This document shows positions 49,391 to 63,660 of a DNA stretch of 64,000 nt, piece after piece (the first letter of the stretch is position 1; every line of letters starts with the position of its first letter). This stretch comes from Octopus sinensis (taxonomy: Eukaryota): positions 76,198,001 to 76,262,000 of the forward strand of contig NC_043008.1 in assembly GCF_006345805.1 (NCBI RefSeq). Reading direction: 5' to 3'. The notes under the pieces are model-generated. The model saw only the letters and a program-made list of their open reading frames with translations. It had not been told where the DNA came from and ran no database searches. Position numbers and translations under genes: made by a program.

Positions 49391-51099
49391 TGCATAAATA
49401 AATACGTATATATGTTTGTGCATAAATGTTTATCTAATTTCAATCTAAACTTAATGCATATATTTTCATTTCAGAATGGAATGATAAACTGTTCAAAGGA
49501 TGTGACGAAAGAAGTATATGATAGAATCAGATTTTGTAGAGGTGCCACGCTAGCTGCACATATAATCTATACGTGCAGATATATATCTGCAGCAATGTAT
49601 CTCTGTATGTATGTGTTTATGTGCATATATTTCTGTATGTGTGAGTGTGTTTAAGCCTAGAGATAAAACGATTTTTTTGCTAAAATATATAACCTGACTT
49701 TTGAAATATTGTTTTGGCATTACATTTAGAGGTTTTATGTGTAATGTAGAATATGTATGATAATATGATAATACTGCGGCAATAGAATAGGTATGCTGTT
49801 ACGATCATAAGAGAATGGTTAAAATAGTTATGTGAATATACTTGGTATAATATTGTAGTACCTAAAAAGGTTTTTGGTGCTTTAAACAAAAATTTCACAT
49901 TTTGGGCAAGCTATAGTGCTGAGAAATTTGAATTGAAATAATGTTCTTATTTACAGGTATCTAGCGTGGATATTATAATTTTGATATGTATTTCTGATGT
50001 TATGACAATTTTTCAGCCGATGCTTAATCTTCAGTGGGATTTGTGATAGAAGAGACCGATATTTGTCCCATAATAATTACATATAGTCTAGTCTATAAAA
50101 TGTTTTATCGTCATACACAATTTAGATAAATATATATAATAACGGTGAATAGTTTATTAACGTTTGAATGCAAGAGAGACCAGGACATACACATAAGCCG
50201 TATCAGGGGTTCAGTAGGAAATATTTATTACTTATTTGTCACAATTTTGAAAATATCCCAAACTATTTTAGACCGTGTCGTAAATAGCAAGATTTTCAAC
50301 GACTCTTAGAGTATCTGTGATGCTGTGGTAATTATCTCTAAATAGTCTATCAACATACAAGTACATATATATCAAGAATATCAGTATCCCCGTGGTTAAC
50401 ATTTGAATCTATCTGAGAGTACAATAGCCGCGTGGTGGGTATGATAGAGTATCCGAAACAAACACTAAAATATCTAATGAAATAATAATTTCCAGCATTG
50501 ACAAATGAACACACATCAGAGGAAATGTTATGATCGACTGTTGTATTTGAGATTTATTTACTCTAGAAGAACGATGAGTTTACCCGGGTGAGTTGGGAGT
50601 CAAGTGAATTCTAAATGAAAGTTTTATTACGTATTGTGCTACACAAAATTTTCTGATGTTAACTTACGTAAATGAATAAAACAATAAGCGTGTTTTAAAG
50701 CCGTTATGAGGACATGATCACAATAATTCTTTTAGAAAAAATTAAATATTCACTGTTTTCATTTGAAGAAAATTTTTATACTTTCACTTATGCAAGGCAT
50801 TTCTTCACAATTCAAAACTTTTCATCTTCAAATTAAAATTGCATTTGAGCTTCATCCTTTCGAGGTCATTGCATACTACACTGCGCTTAATGTATATATA
50901 TATATATATATGTCTGCAGAAGTATGTATGTGTGTATATATACATATATGCATATATACATACATACATACATACATATGTATAGAATGTTTGAAGTGGT
51001 GTACAAATTTTACATATGAAGAAAGAGGTGGTACTCAGAATTTTGGATAATTATTTATTTAGTGCTCTCATTTCCTTACTGAAAAAGCTATAAGTATGT

Positions 51100-52420
51100 G
51101 AATATGAGTGCATGCGTGCATGTGTGCGTGTATGTATGTGTCTGTGCATACATTTGTGTGTGTGCATGCATTTGTGCGTGTGCATACATTTATGTGTGTG
51201 CATACATTTGTGTGCGTGTATGTGTGTGGTGAAAGACAGGAAGGAATAAATAAAGAAAGAAAGAAAAAAGAGGACTCTTTTCTGGGACGGTTGAAATTGC
51301 ATTGTAATTTATGTCAGATGTCATTATTTAACCGTAGAAAATATATTCTACCAAAGTGTTTTAGAAATATTTTTTGAATGTGTGTATGTGCACGCGCGCG
51401 TGTGTGCATGTTTGTGCTTAAGTGTATATGTGTGAGGGAAGATGTGTGTTGTTTGTTGGTTGATTAAGTGAATTTTTCTAGGTATTTTAGTAACAGTAAT
51501 GAGTACATAATCAATGATATCCAGTTTGGTTCTCCCATATAAAATTGAAAAGTGGATTCTCCGTTCGATTAAAAACAGATTTGAACTGCAAGGCACAAAA
51601 TCTCATATACTGCGTAACCTGCTCCAATAGCAACGCAAATTATATTGGTGAAATTAACAATTAACAACGTACAAGAATCTACAGTCAACACACTAAACAA
51701 AAAGAATTACGCTGAGTAAGCGTCTGGAAATAGGTGGAAATGGCAGATCCAAGATCGTTCACTACTACAGATGTTCAAGGGTTGCTCAAAGTACAGGAAG
51801 GCAATGAAGCGACATCTTTTCAAAAAATTATTACTTATATTAAACGTATGAAAAGAGAAAAATATATATTTGTAAACACGTCCCAGATGAACCAGATAAG
51901 ATTACCAGTGGATATCATTAATGTTTTCATTACTGTTACTAAAATAATGAAAAAAATTAATTTAAGCAAACTGCACACATACAACACACACACATACAAC
52001 ATACACACACATACTCACAAACACGTGCTTAAACACGCTCATATTTAAAAATTTTGCAAAACAATTTGATAGAGTCTATATTTTACAGCTGGATAAAATA
52101 ACTGACAAAAGAATCATGACTAAAAGAAAATTGATTTCTCGACCTGTCATTAATTTCAACCATCCTAGAAAAAGACCTATTTTTACAGCTTGGTAGTGTG
52201 ACAACTGACCAAAATTACAATGCAATTTCAGCCATATCAAAAAATGAAATCCACTTTCTTTCTTTCGTTCTTTCTTTCTTCCTTTCTGTCTGTCTTTATT
52301 TCTTTCTATCTGTCTTTTTTTTCCTCTCTGTTTCTCCCTTGGCTTTATTCTTTCTTCCTGTCTTTTTCCCATTTTTTATGTCTTTTTCGTTTCTCCTCTC
52401 TTTAGCCAAGACGCTAAAAC
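51100..52420. repeat. Old degenerate inverted duplication around a unique ~300-bp spacer
   Basis: ggttgaaattgcattgtaatt (~51288) vs aattacaatgcaatttcagcc (~52213); tattttagtaacagtaatga (~51483) vs tcattactgttactaaaata (~51927). Confidence 0.75.
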
Positions 52421-55400
52421 GTCAAGCCTACACATACATATACACATACACACATGAATACACGCATTTGTAGCTTCAAAATGACAAAGAATATTTTCTT
52501 CCAAATTCAACTCCAGACTTTTCAATTTACTCACATATATATAAAGGACACGAATTTTCTACAAATAATACATTCATGATGATTCCCTCAAAAAGAGATG
52601 AAAGCGCTAAATAAACAATTATCCACATTTTTGACTGCTCCCGTTTCCTTAATATACATACATACGTACATACATTTGCTGCTGCCACGACGGATCTGCG
52701 CAGTTTTCCTCTATCTGTTGTCAATCCTCTCCAATTCTTCGAGGAAATATACCCTTAAGTGACTTTTTTAGAATATATATATCTATCAGACCTTTCACCC
52801 TTCACCACAAGCCAGGTTGCACACTCTCTCTCGGATCGCCCTGTAAAACACTTTGCGATTTTCAAGGACTTACATTACAATTTACAATTCCATCCTAACA
52901 TATCCTAACCTCATCTCATCTCGTCACCTTTACTCTAAACATCTGCCTATTGTATGATAAAAAGGGGAGATCAGGCAGAAGTTCAACATTGATGTTGATA
53001 ACCCTAGCACCATAAATGTATTTCTTTCAAATATGTAAATGCAGATATGTTTACCTACTTTGGTTGAATCCTTAATCATGAAAATACTCTAAAACACTCG
53101 GCAAACTCATCATGCGCACCTGAGACAATTTGTCTTGGTATTTCGCGGAATGCTGCTTCTAATTACTGCTTTAAATTCAACAAGAGGGCCTCGCTAACCC
53201 CCTTATCACACCGATAGGCAAGATTTTTTCCTTTCCTAAAAAAGTTGTCGCATTTAGAAACTCAACTTGTTTACCAACAAACCACAACTTGTTCGTTTAG
53301 CCCTGTTGCTATATTCTGATCCTTCTTGATTAACATCGTCGTCGCTGTGAGTGTTCCGTTGCTGTAGTAGTTATTGTTACCATTTGAAATATTTTTGAAA
53401 CAGTTCGAATTAATTTCTTTTCCCAATAAACTTTTATTTAAAAGTTCGTTTGCTTTTATTTTCGGTGTAAATACTGATTATAAGACACAATCTCTTTTTG
53501 ACTCGCAGTATTTTTTGTTTTATTTTCGTTTTTAGCGAGGTATTTTTTCTGTTGTGTATTTGATTTCATCAGACCTTCAAAGCAAATAATCGGGCTAAAT
53601 ATTCAAAATAAATATTCGCGGTAAAATGTTCAAAGCAAATATTCCCGCTAAATTTGATGATTTTATATACTCCTATTTTCGGGAACTATTTGAAGTACTG
53701 ATGAATAGTGAACGGCGTTGGAAATCATCAACACGAAAGCAATAGCTGAGAAAAAGGTCAGCTGACATGGATAACGATAAGCCATCTACATATTGGAAGA
53801 CTTATTTGCATCAAAATGATTCGTGTCGGCTATCAAAACGTCAACATCATACCTGCTGCTCAAGGCTATGCAAAGGCTATAAGACATAGGTGGGACCCTG
53901 CAACCGAGGCTACAAAGCCATGGCCAGTAGAAAGAGACGCTGACGACGTTATGACTGCATCTGCTCAGCGGAGTTTAACTAACAACTGCAGGACAAGGCG
54001 GTGGAAGATCCGAACAAGGGAATGAGGGTTTTATCTTGATTTCGAATATTTTCACTCCTTTCTTGATTTAAATTTGAAATATATTTCTTTTCAAAAAATA
54101 CGTATGTGTGTGTGTGTGTAAAACTCATAGCAGTACGCATGCATAAGCCCGACACACACACACACACACACACGCACAAACACACACAAAGAGGATCACC
54201 CGTTCGCCCGTGTTTGTTGACCATGATGAAGGACATAACCTGAAAGAACAACACGGAGTACGGTGAGTCTGACTGTGCGATGCGTGCCCGAAAGGCTCTG
54301 CCGTAGTTGAGGAATCGTTGGTCTGGAAGGATTGAAAGCAGACAGTGGCTCTGGACTTGTGCAGTTCGCGGTTTTTTTTGTAACTCCTGGATACTGTTCT
54401 ACTCGTACAGGGTGGTCCATCTGCTGGTGTAATTTCGCCAGGCAGGGAAGCCATGCACATCAGTTACAAATACATAATCGCATACATAAAAGAACATATG
54501 CATATCCACAAATACAAATAATTTTCTATAGACAAGCAGAATTTGCTCACCTGCAGATATATTATACATATTACACACACACATACATATATACATATAT
54601 GGAGATACATACATAGATAGAAACATACATACAAACATGCATACATACATACATACATACATACATACATACATACATACATACATACACACATACATAC
54701 TGACAAACATACGTACTATGCGCACATACACAGATACAGATCTATTTAAGTTTCTAAATAAAAGCTGATGGAAGAGGCAGTCGACAACTATAGCTCTGCA
54801 GTAGCGTAAAAGGCAAAAAGCCGCCGCGTTAGTAGAAAGAAATAAAACGAATTCGAGAGTGGCGATTGGAATCGGTGAAGAAACACCGGCATATCCCATA
54901 CGCCTGTTATCGTAGAGAGATAGGAAGAGGAGTGGTTTTAGTGACTGCAGTAGATTATAATCTCATTAAAGTATATGTGACATCGATAATGGGTAACCAG
55001 CGCGCCGGAAGCTGGAATGTTTACTGCTAAATATGAGTAATAAAAGCTCATTTGGAGGGAAATGGGGAAGAGGAAGGAAAGGGAAAATAAAGAAGAAAAA
55101 GAAGAAAAAATAATGCAACGACAGTAGGATACTTGTGTGTATACAAACACGTAAACACTATTTCTCCTACACAACTAAGGAAACTACGTACATTTACACA
55201 CAAAAAGCATATCAGTATATGCATATATACTGATGGGATTTAAAATAAAATAACTTATAAATCAGATCCTCTAGATAGTGTTCTTTAGATCCTGAAGAAA
55301 GAACCGTAAGTGAAGCCAATATCTTCTTACTACACAGCGGCGCCTTCCACACAGCCATATCGTTAGTAAATGATGAATCTGAAAGAGGAGAGCCCACTCT

Positions 55401-55920
55401 AAGTTATAAAGCAGTAGAGTATTTAGATAAAGATAGTTATGGCCGGTTCATCGATTTACCTAGGATTTAACGTTCATAAAGTGCTTGGTTTACAAAAGCC
55501 TCGTCAGACCCTAATGGCCGGTGGACTATAACCATTTTTCGAATTGGAGGGAGAAAAGGACTCGTGGCTAGTGTTTGAACACACAAGCACAGGAGAAAGG
55601 CCAAGCGGAAGGGATTGTATTTGACCTTTATATGTAGGGGCTTCACCTTTTTATGCAGGTGCTTCGGCACCAGCAGTCACATTTAGTGACGACTAAATGT
55701 TTCCTTTATCGTATTATAATGCGCCTAGCTGTTTATATCAATTTTTAGTATAAGTATTAGCATTTCGCCAAATCATCCATGAATTTTTATGGTAATATAT
55801 ATATAATATATATATATATAATATAATCGCAGACGGATTTAACCAAACTCTAAACCGTTTGGGTAATCACTAGTGATGGTGCCTACGAAATAGGTTGGCA
55901 TACTCAGTCGTATTTAGTAA

Positions 55921-55962
<42 letters not shown>

Positions 55963-56574
55963 CACACACACACACACACACACACACCAATGAACTGAAA
56001 CCTACTCCAGATTCCGAATGGAGTATTTAAAGCAGAAGAAAAAGTGACAAATCAGTTTTTAGGGCAATTAATGAATTAGTGAAATATATCTAACAGATTA
56101 GCGCAATAAATCTTTTGACAACTGCTTGAAACAACGAACACCTTCATACAAGTTGCGTCACTTGTATAATAGAAAAATAAGCTTTTTATATGTAATTATC
56201 AATTCATTGCTTCTAGTAGTAGAGAGTTGCAGATATACACATTGTACAATGAAGCCATATTGAGCATACTTTCTTTTTATATTTATTTATTAGTTTTCCT
56301 CAAATAACGTTAATTCAATTTCGTCTTATACCGTGTTCAGGCAATCTTTCCTATATATATCTGTATACATATACAGGCTTACTTTGGTTGGAAACATTTT
56401 CCGTAGTTGCACATTACATCTTCCATTAATTATAAATTACAGAAGTCTGTAGGATGTGGGAATGTATCTCTGTCTGTGAGTGAGTTTGAGTGTATTCGTG
56501 CATGCATATATATATATATATATATATGTGTGTATGTATGTATGTATGTATGTATGTATACATATATTATATAT

Positions 56575-59500
56575 ATCATATAATTAAGGGCTAAAGAGGG
56601 TTATTCTAAAGCCAAATACACTGTTTTATCCACTTATAATCCGCTTGTTACAGGAAAATTGAAACTGAAAACGGGCAACTAACCTTTAGAAAATTTAAAT
56701 TTCGTTATCTCTATATTGAATCAATTTCGGACTTAATCTTATAAAAAAAGATATATCCTTCTTCAGTAGAACTTTCGATGGGATATAAATAAAATACTCA
56801 CGTATGATCATGGAAAAAGCACAAGCTAAAAACATAACTACACTGAGTACATCACTTATATCTAAAAATAAAAATTCTTTGGTCAGCCTCAGAAAACAAC
56901 GTCCAGACCTTTCGCGCCGCTACAAATTGTAATGGTTACCAGTCCTCCTGTAGCAAGCATCGAGTTTACTACTAAGCAATATAGGATGAAGTCCCTTACT
57001 CTACAGCAAAGGAATTCATCAGAAGCGTGGGCAGTATATTTAAAAAAACCGTTACGGTTGCAATATACATCATATAATTAAGGGCTAAGAGGGTTATTCT
57101 AAAGCCAAATACACTGTTTTATCCACTTATAATCCGCTTGTTACAGGAAAATTGAAACTGAAAACGGGCAACTAACCTTTAGAAAATTTAAATTTCGTTA
57201 TCTCTATATTGAATCAATTTCGGACTTATCTTATAAAAAAAGATATATTCCTTCTTCAGTAGAACTTTCGATGGGATATAAATAAAATACTCACGTATGA
57301 TCATGGAAAAAGCACAAGCTAAAAACATAACTACACTTGAGTACATCACTTATATCTAAAAATAAAAATTCTTTGGTCAGCCTCAGAAAACAACGTCCAG
57401 ACCTTTCGCCGCTACAAATTGTAATGGTTACCAGTCCTCTCCTGTAGCAAGCATCGAGTTTACTACTAAGCAATATAGGATGAAGTCCCTTACTCTACAG
57501 CAAAGAATTCATCAGGAAGCGTGGGCAGTATATTTAAAAAAACCGTTACGGTTGCAATATCCATCATATAATTAAGGGCTAAAGAGGGTTATTCTAAGCC
57601 AAATACACTGTTTTATATCCACTTATAATCCGCTTGTTACAGGAAAATTGAAACTGAAAACGGGCAACTAACCTTTAGAAAATTTAAATTTCGTTATCTC
57701 TATATTGAATCAATTTCGGACTTAATCTTATAAAAAAAGATATATTCCTTCTTCAGTAGAACTTTCGATGGGATATAAATAAAATACTCACGTATGATCA
57801 TGGAAAAAGCACAAGCTAAAAACATAACTACACTTGAGTACATCACTTATATCTAAAAATAAAAATTCTTTGGTCAGCCTCAGAAAACAACGTCCAGACC
57901 TTTCGCCGCCAAATTGTAATGGTTACCAGTCCTCCTGTAGCAGCATCGAGTTTACTACTAAGCAATATAGGATGAAGTCCCTTACTCTACAGCAAAGGAA
58001 TTCATCAGGAAGCGTGAGCAGTATATTTAAAAAAACCGTTACGGTTGCAATATACATCATATAATTAAGGGCTAAAGAGGGTTATTCTAAAGCTTAATAC
58101 ACTGTTTTATCCACTTATAATCCGCTTGTTACAGGAAAATTGAAACTGAAAACGGGCAACTAACCTTTAGAAAATTTAAATTTCGTTATCTCTATATTGA
58201 ATCAATTTCGGACTTAATCTTATAAAAAAAGATATATTCCTTCTTCAGTAGAACTTTCGATGGGATATAAATAAAATACTCACGTATGATCATGGAAAAA
58301 GCACAAGCTAAAAACATAACTACACTTGAGTACATCACTTATATCTAAAAATAAAAATTCTTTGGTCAGCCTCAGAAAACAACGTCCAGACCTTTCGCCG
58401 CCGCTACAAATTGTAATGGTTACCAGTCCTCCTGTAGCAAGCATCGAGTTTACTACTAAGCAATATAGGATGAAGTCCCTTACTCTACAGCAAAGGAATT
58501 CATCAGGAAGCGTGGGCAGTATATTTAAAAAAACCGTTACGGTTGCAATATACATCATATAATTAAGGGCTAAAGAGGGTTATTCTAAAGCCAAATACAC
58601 TGTTTTAATCCACTTATAATCCGCTTGTTACAGGAAAATTGAAACTGAAAACGGGCAACTAACCTTTAGAAAATTTAAATTTCGTTATCTCTATATTGAA
58701 TCAATTTCGGACTTAATCTTATAAAAAAAGATATATTCCTTCTTCAGTAGAACTTTCGATGGGATATAATAAAATACTCACGTATGATCATGGAAAAAGC
58801 ACAAGCTAAAAACATAACTACACTTGAGTACATCACTTATATCTAAAAATAAAAATTCTTTGGTCAGCCTCAGAAAACAACGTCCAGACCTTTCGCCGCT
58901 ACAAATTGTAATGGTTACCAGTCTCCTGTAGCAAGCATCGAGTTTACTACTAAGCAATATAGGATGAAGTCCCTTACTCTACAGCAAAGGAATTCATCAG
59001 GAAGCGTGGGCAGTATATTTAAAAAAACCGTACGGTTGCAATATACATCATATAATTAAGGGCTAAAGAGGGTTATTCTAAAGCCAAATACACTGTTTTA
59101 TCCACTTATAATCCGCTTGTTACAGGAAAATTGAAACTGAAAACGGGCAACTAACCTTTAGAAAATTTAAATTTCGTTATCTCTATATTGAATCAATTTC
59201 GGACTTAATCTTATAAAAAAAGATATATCCTTCTTCAGTAGAACTTTCGATGGGATATAAATAAAATACTCACGTATGATCATGGAAAAAGCACAAGCTA
59301 AAAACATAACTACACTTGAGTACATCACTTATATCTAAAAATAAAAATTCTTTGGTCAGCCTCAGAAAACAACGTCCAGACCTTTCGCCGCTACAAATTG
59401 TAATGGTTACCAGTCCTCCTGTAGCAAGCATCGAGTTTACTACTAAGCAATATAGGATGAAGTCCCTTACTCTACAGCAAAGGAATTTATTTTTAGATAT

Positions 59501-60372
59501 AAGTGATGTACTCAAGTGTAGTTATGTTTTTAGCTTGTGCTTTTTCCATGATCATACGTGAGTATTTTATTTATATCCCATCGAAAGTTCTACTGAAGAA
59601 GGAATATATCTTTTTTTATAAGATTAAGTCCGAAATTGATTCAATATAGAGATAACGAAATTTAAATTTTCTAAAGGTTAGTTGCCCGTTTTCAGTTTCA
59701 ATTTTCCTGTAACAAGCGGATTATAAGTGGATAAAACAGTGTATTTGGCTTTAGAATAACCCTCTTTAGCCCTTAATTATATGATGTATATTGCAACCGT
59801 AACGGTTTTTTTTAAATATACTGCCCACGCTTCCTGATGAATTCCTTTGCTGTAGAGTAAGGGACTTCATCCTATATTGCTTAGTAGTAAACTCGATGCT
59901 TGCTACAGGAGGACTGGTAACCATTACAATTTGTAGCGGCGAAAGGTCTGGACGTTGTTTTCTGAGGCTGACCAAAGAATTTTTATTTTTAGATATAAGT
60001 GATGTACTCAAGTGTAGTTATGTTTTTAGCTTGTGCTTTTTCCATGATCATACGTGAGTATTTTATTTATATCCCATCGAAAGTTCTACTGAAGAAGGAA
60101 TATATCTTTTTTTATAAGATTAAGTCCGAAATTGATTCAATATAGAGATAACGAAATTTAAATTTTCTAAAGGTTAGTTGCCCGTTTTCAGTTTCAATTT
60201 TCCTGTAACAAGCGGATTATAAGTGGATAAAACAGTGTATTTGGCTTTAGAATAACCCTCTTTAGCTCTTAATTATATGATGTATATTGCAACCGTAACG
60301 GTTTTTTAAATATACTGCCCACGCTTCCTGATGAATTCCTTTGCTGTAGAGTAAGGGACTTCATCCTATATT
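56575..60372. repeat. ~495-bp tandem array: 5 full + 1 partial forward units, then inverted partial + full + partial units
   Basis: Unit starts atcatataattaaggg at 56575, 57069, 57563, 58056, 58554, 59047; orientation flips at ~59487; inverted unit starts map to 59785 and 60281. Confidence 0.97.
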
Positions 60373-60500
60373 ATATATATATATAAATGTATGTATATAT
60401 ATGTATGTATGTACGTATGTATATACATATATATACATATATATATGTGTGTGTGTATCTCAATACGTATGTATGTATCTTTGTATGTATGTATGTATGT

Positions 60501-60569
<69 letters not shown>

Positions 60570-60585
60570 CAGACAGATAGATATA
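60372..60585. repeat. (TA)n/(TATG)n/(GATA)n microsatellite block
   Basis: Direct inspection. Confidence 0.95.
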
Positions 60586-60907
60586 CATGCATACTAGAAT
60601 AGAATTAATAACGCTTTTATTCAATTAAATACTGGAAGATAAAATTTATCAAAGCTAAACAGTTTCTAATGGACTGTGGGATCTAAATCAAGTGCTATGT
60701 CAAAGTAAGAAAAACAAACAAAATAGCTGGAGTATCTTATATTTGGAACTAAAACTCGGTAAGTTATTAATTATATTTCTGTCTATTAAATTATATATCA
60801 CTGATTCTTCAAACAACCACTATTGCTCTGCTTATTTCTTCGTACTTTTCTATATTGAATTCAGCATAAATATTACATACATGCATACATGCATCGATAA
60901 ATGTTTG

Positions 60908-60972
<65 letters not shown>

Positions 60973-61423
60973 GTTTGTGCGCAAGTGTTTATAAATGTAT
61001 TGAGATGAAGAATTTAAATATGGACTTTAAATGCATTTGAAGACAAACTATTTCATATCTATTTAATAACGGATTGAAATACAAGAAATTATTTCATACC
61101 CTGAATAAAACACTCACAGATCTAATAAATAAAAGTTTATAAAAAAAATTAATATTAATAATTATATTTTAAAAATTATTACTGATGAAACTCGCATAAT
61201 GATCTCTTGGAACCTGAGAATTTTCCAATTTGAAGAGCAAAACGTCATCGGCTATAATTTTTATAGCTTCGTGAGGCCAAAGCTAGAATACTGTTTCGAA
61301 TTTGATCTCCACACATCGAACTCGATATTGCTTAATATTTATTACTTCCTCAAGTATAAAATTCTTATACATTTTTTTATATACCTATAATTCAGCACGT
61401 AATTCTTATATATAATAATTATG

Positions 61424-61770
61424 TGAAGCTCCTGGAAACTGTGGTCCATCCCTGGCTGGCTAGAGAGAGTTGTTGCTGGGAGGACTAATATGTCCAGGGG
61501 GATTCCGATACTTGCAACATCGCCGGCAAGAATGAGAAGTGGTTGTGAAAGAATTAAAGTGACTTTACTAGACTCAATTTTTATCCTCCCAATTCCTCTG
61601 ATTGTAATCCTATGGATTAGTCTGTGTGAGATATGAGTGAGAAAGACACCAACCGCGTCCTCTGCAAGAGCAAGGCTGAGCTGATAGCCAACATCAAGGA
61701 AGATATTCATAGGGACAATTTGAGGAACACATTCCCTAGGTTTCAGAGCCTTCTTGAGTAGACTATTATC
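61424..61770 (+). pseudogene. Tc1/mariner DD37D (maT-type) transposase fragment
   Basis: From 61501: D-SDTCNIAGKNEKWL*KN*SDFTRLNFYPPNSSDCNPM-D, 37 residues between the Asp codons; then EKDTNR..CKSKAELIANIK. Confidence 0.8.
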
Positions 61771-61944
61771 TCCTAACAATAATCTACTTGATATTTTCGA
61801 ATTTTTATATAATACATTTATTTTTGATTTCTTTTCCTCTTCTGCAAATTGTCGAATTTAGCCTGAACGTATGTGTGTGTGTGTGTTTGTGTGTCTGTGT
61901 GTGATGTTTTCCATATGCATGCACGTATACATGTATATAAGTTT

Positions 61945-62001
<57 letters not shown>

Positions 62002-63419
62002 TGTGTGGGGGGTGCGTGCATGCGTGTATAAGCAAATAGCTAGTTCTAAAATCTCGATATAGGATGTAAGTTGTAACAATCCTGAAAAGTAACGTTTGTT
62101 GCCACTTCAACATGGCCGTTCTGGACGGATATTCATTACTACCATTTTTTTTTACCCCAGGAGGACGTCTCTTCCAGTTGGTTAACGACACAAGCTTTGT
62201 CCGGATATTCTATAATCATCTGTTGCGTTCTTGTTCCATTTTGGGAATTTATATATACATAGAGCGGCGTACGTACATTTTTGTTCACCTTGTAAGTATG
62301 TATCTCAATTCTGTGCGAACTTTTTACTCTTTATTTTATTGCCCTCATACTTCTTTCCTCTTTTCTTTTTCTCGCCCCTCCTCTCACATTTCTTGGCTTT
62401 CTCTTTCTTTAGTCTAACCACTTTTCCTCGTTTATCTCCCTTATACTTTCTCTATGTCTCTGTGATTCTCCCTCTTAATCGTTCTCCCCTTAATGTTTCT
62501 CTCCTTCTGCCCCAACCTCACTCCTTTCTTCCCACGTGACCGGTGTTCGACCAAGCTTGATCTTTCTTTCTTGGCGTGACTGTCGGCCGTGAAGCATCTC
62601 TTATATTCCTGTCTCATGACGTTCATTTCTTATGTCAATGTTTGCTCCTGCCTCAAGGCTTTCACTCCACACACGCCAACTCAATTTGACTCGTCTCTAT
62701 TAGTCGAAAACCACCTGCTGTTATTTTTTTGCTGTTTGTATTTGTAATTGTGCAACATTTCCTCCGTTTTTGTTGTTTGGTTTTTAATCATTTTTTTCAT
62801 TATTATTTTGTCTTTGTTGTCGTGCACATTCGTTTGCTTTCTCCCCAAATATTTCATGTTCTTAGCCAGATTTGAACTGTCTCGAGTGTTACCGACCGAA
62901 ACTTAGAGATAATCTGGAAACTTGACTGAGGAGAGAAGGCCACACATTACCCGTCCTTTTCTCCCTGCCCATTTCTCGCTGTTTTCCTGTCCGTCTTTGT
63001 ATCATCTATCTGTCCGGATGTTTATTGTGAACTATTGCGTTCTTGTTCCATATATATATATATTGAAACCTATAGTAAAAAATGCGGAAGACCTAATTGT
63101 GGTATATGCATCAAGCTTATTGAGGGATCGGAATACTCCTTCAAACGGAGTCAATGCTTAAAATACGGTAATACAGAAAAATAGGATTAAGCGAGCACAT
63201 CGATATTTGCACCTGTAACGAACAACCCAACTTTAGAATTGTTCCCCTCTATAAAGTCAAGGACAATGCAAACTATAATCAGCGCATTAGCAAAAAAACA
63301 TATTTTATCACAAAATATAAACCTCTTTTGAATGCTTCCACCACAGATGAAACTACTACGAGAATTTAGAGCAATTATAATCACTACTGCTACGACCATT
63401 TGGCCATTAAAAAAGATTC

Positions 63420-63660
63420 CACGAACAATCTACTGTGTCACACTATTCCTGTCTTTTTCTTTTGTTTGTCTTTCTTCCTCATCTTTTCATAATCCTCTTC
63501 TATCTTTCATACTCCTCTTCTTTCTTTCATACTCCTCTTCTTTTCATACTCCTACTTCTCTTCCTTCTTCATCTTCTTCTCCTTCCCCTTCTCCTCCTCT
63601 TTTTCTTCATCTCCTTGATCTTGCTCTCCTACATCTTCTCCTTCGGCTGCTCCTGCTTGA
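63420..63660. repeat. CT-rich low-complexity tract
   Basis: tcttcttct/ctcctcttc runs; source of the Ser/Leu-rich ORFs. Confidence 0.85.

Noticed and set aside
49461-49600. Exon after the acceptor-like tattttcatttcag
   Set aside because: No recognisable protein and no convincing donor; cannot be supported without transcripts.
55455-55520. Hammerhead on the minus strand (CTGACGA)
   Set aside because: A stem I-like pairing exists, but the GAAA/stem III region is too degenerate to support a call.
59815-59870. CTGATGA in the 495-bp unit as a hammerhead
   Set aside because: No correctly placed GAAA or stem III; the motif is part of a simple hairpin.
56575-60372. CRISPR array or coding repeat (MSTSLISKNK... 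ORFs)
   Set aside because: Eukaryotic context, no repeat-spacer alternation, and ORFs are broken by indels between units.
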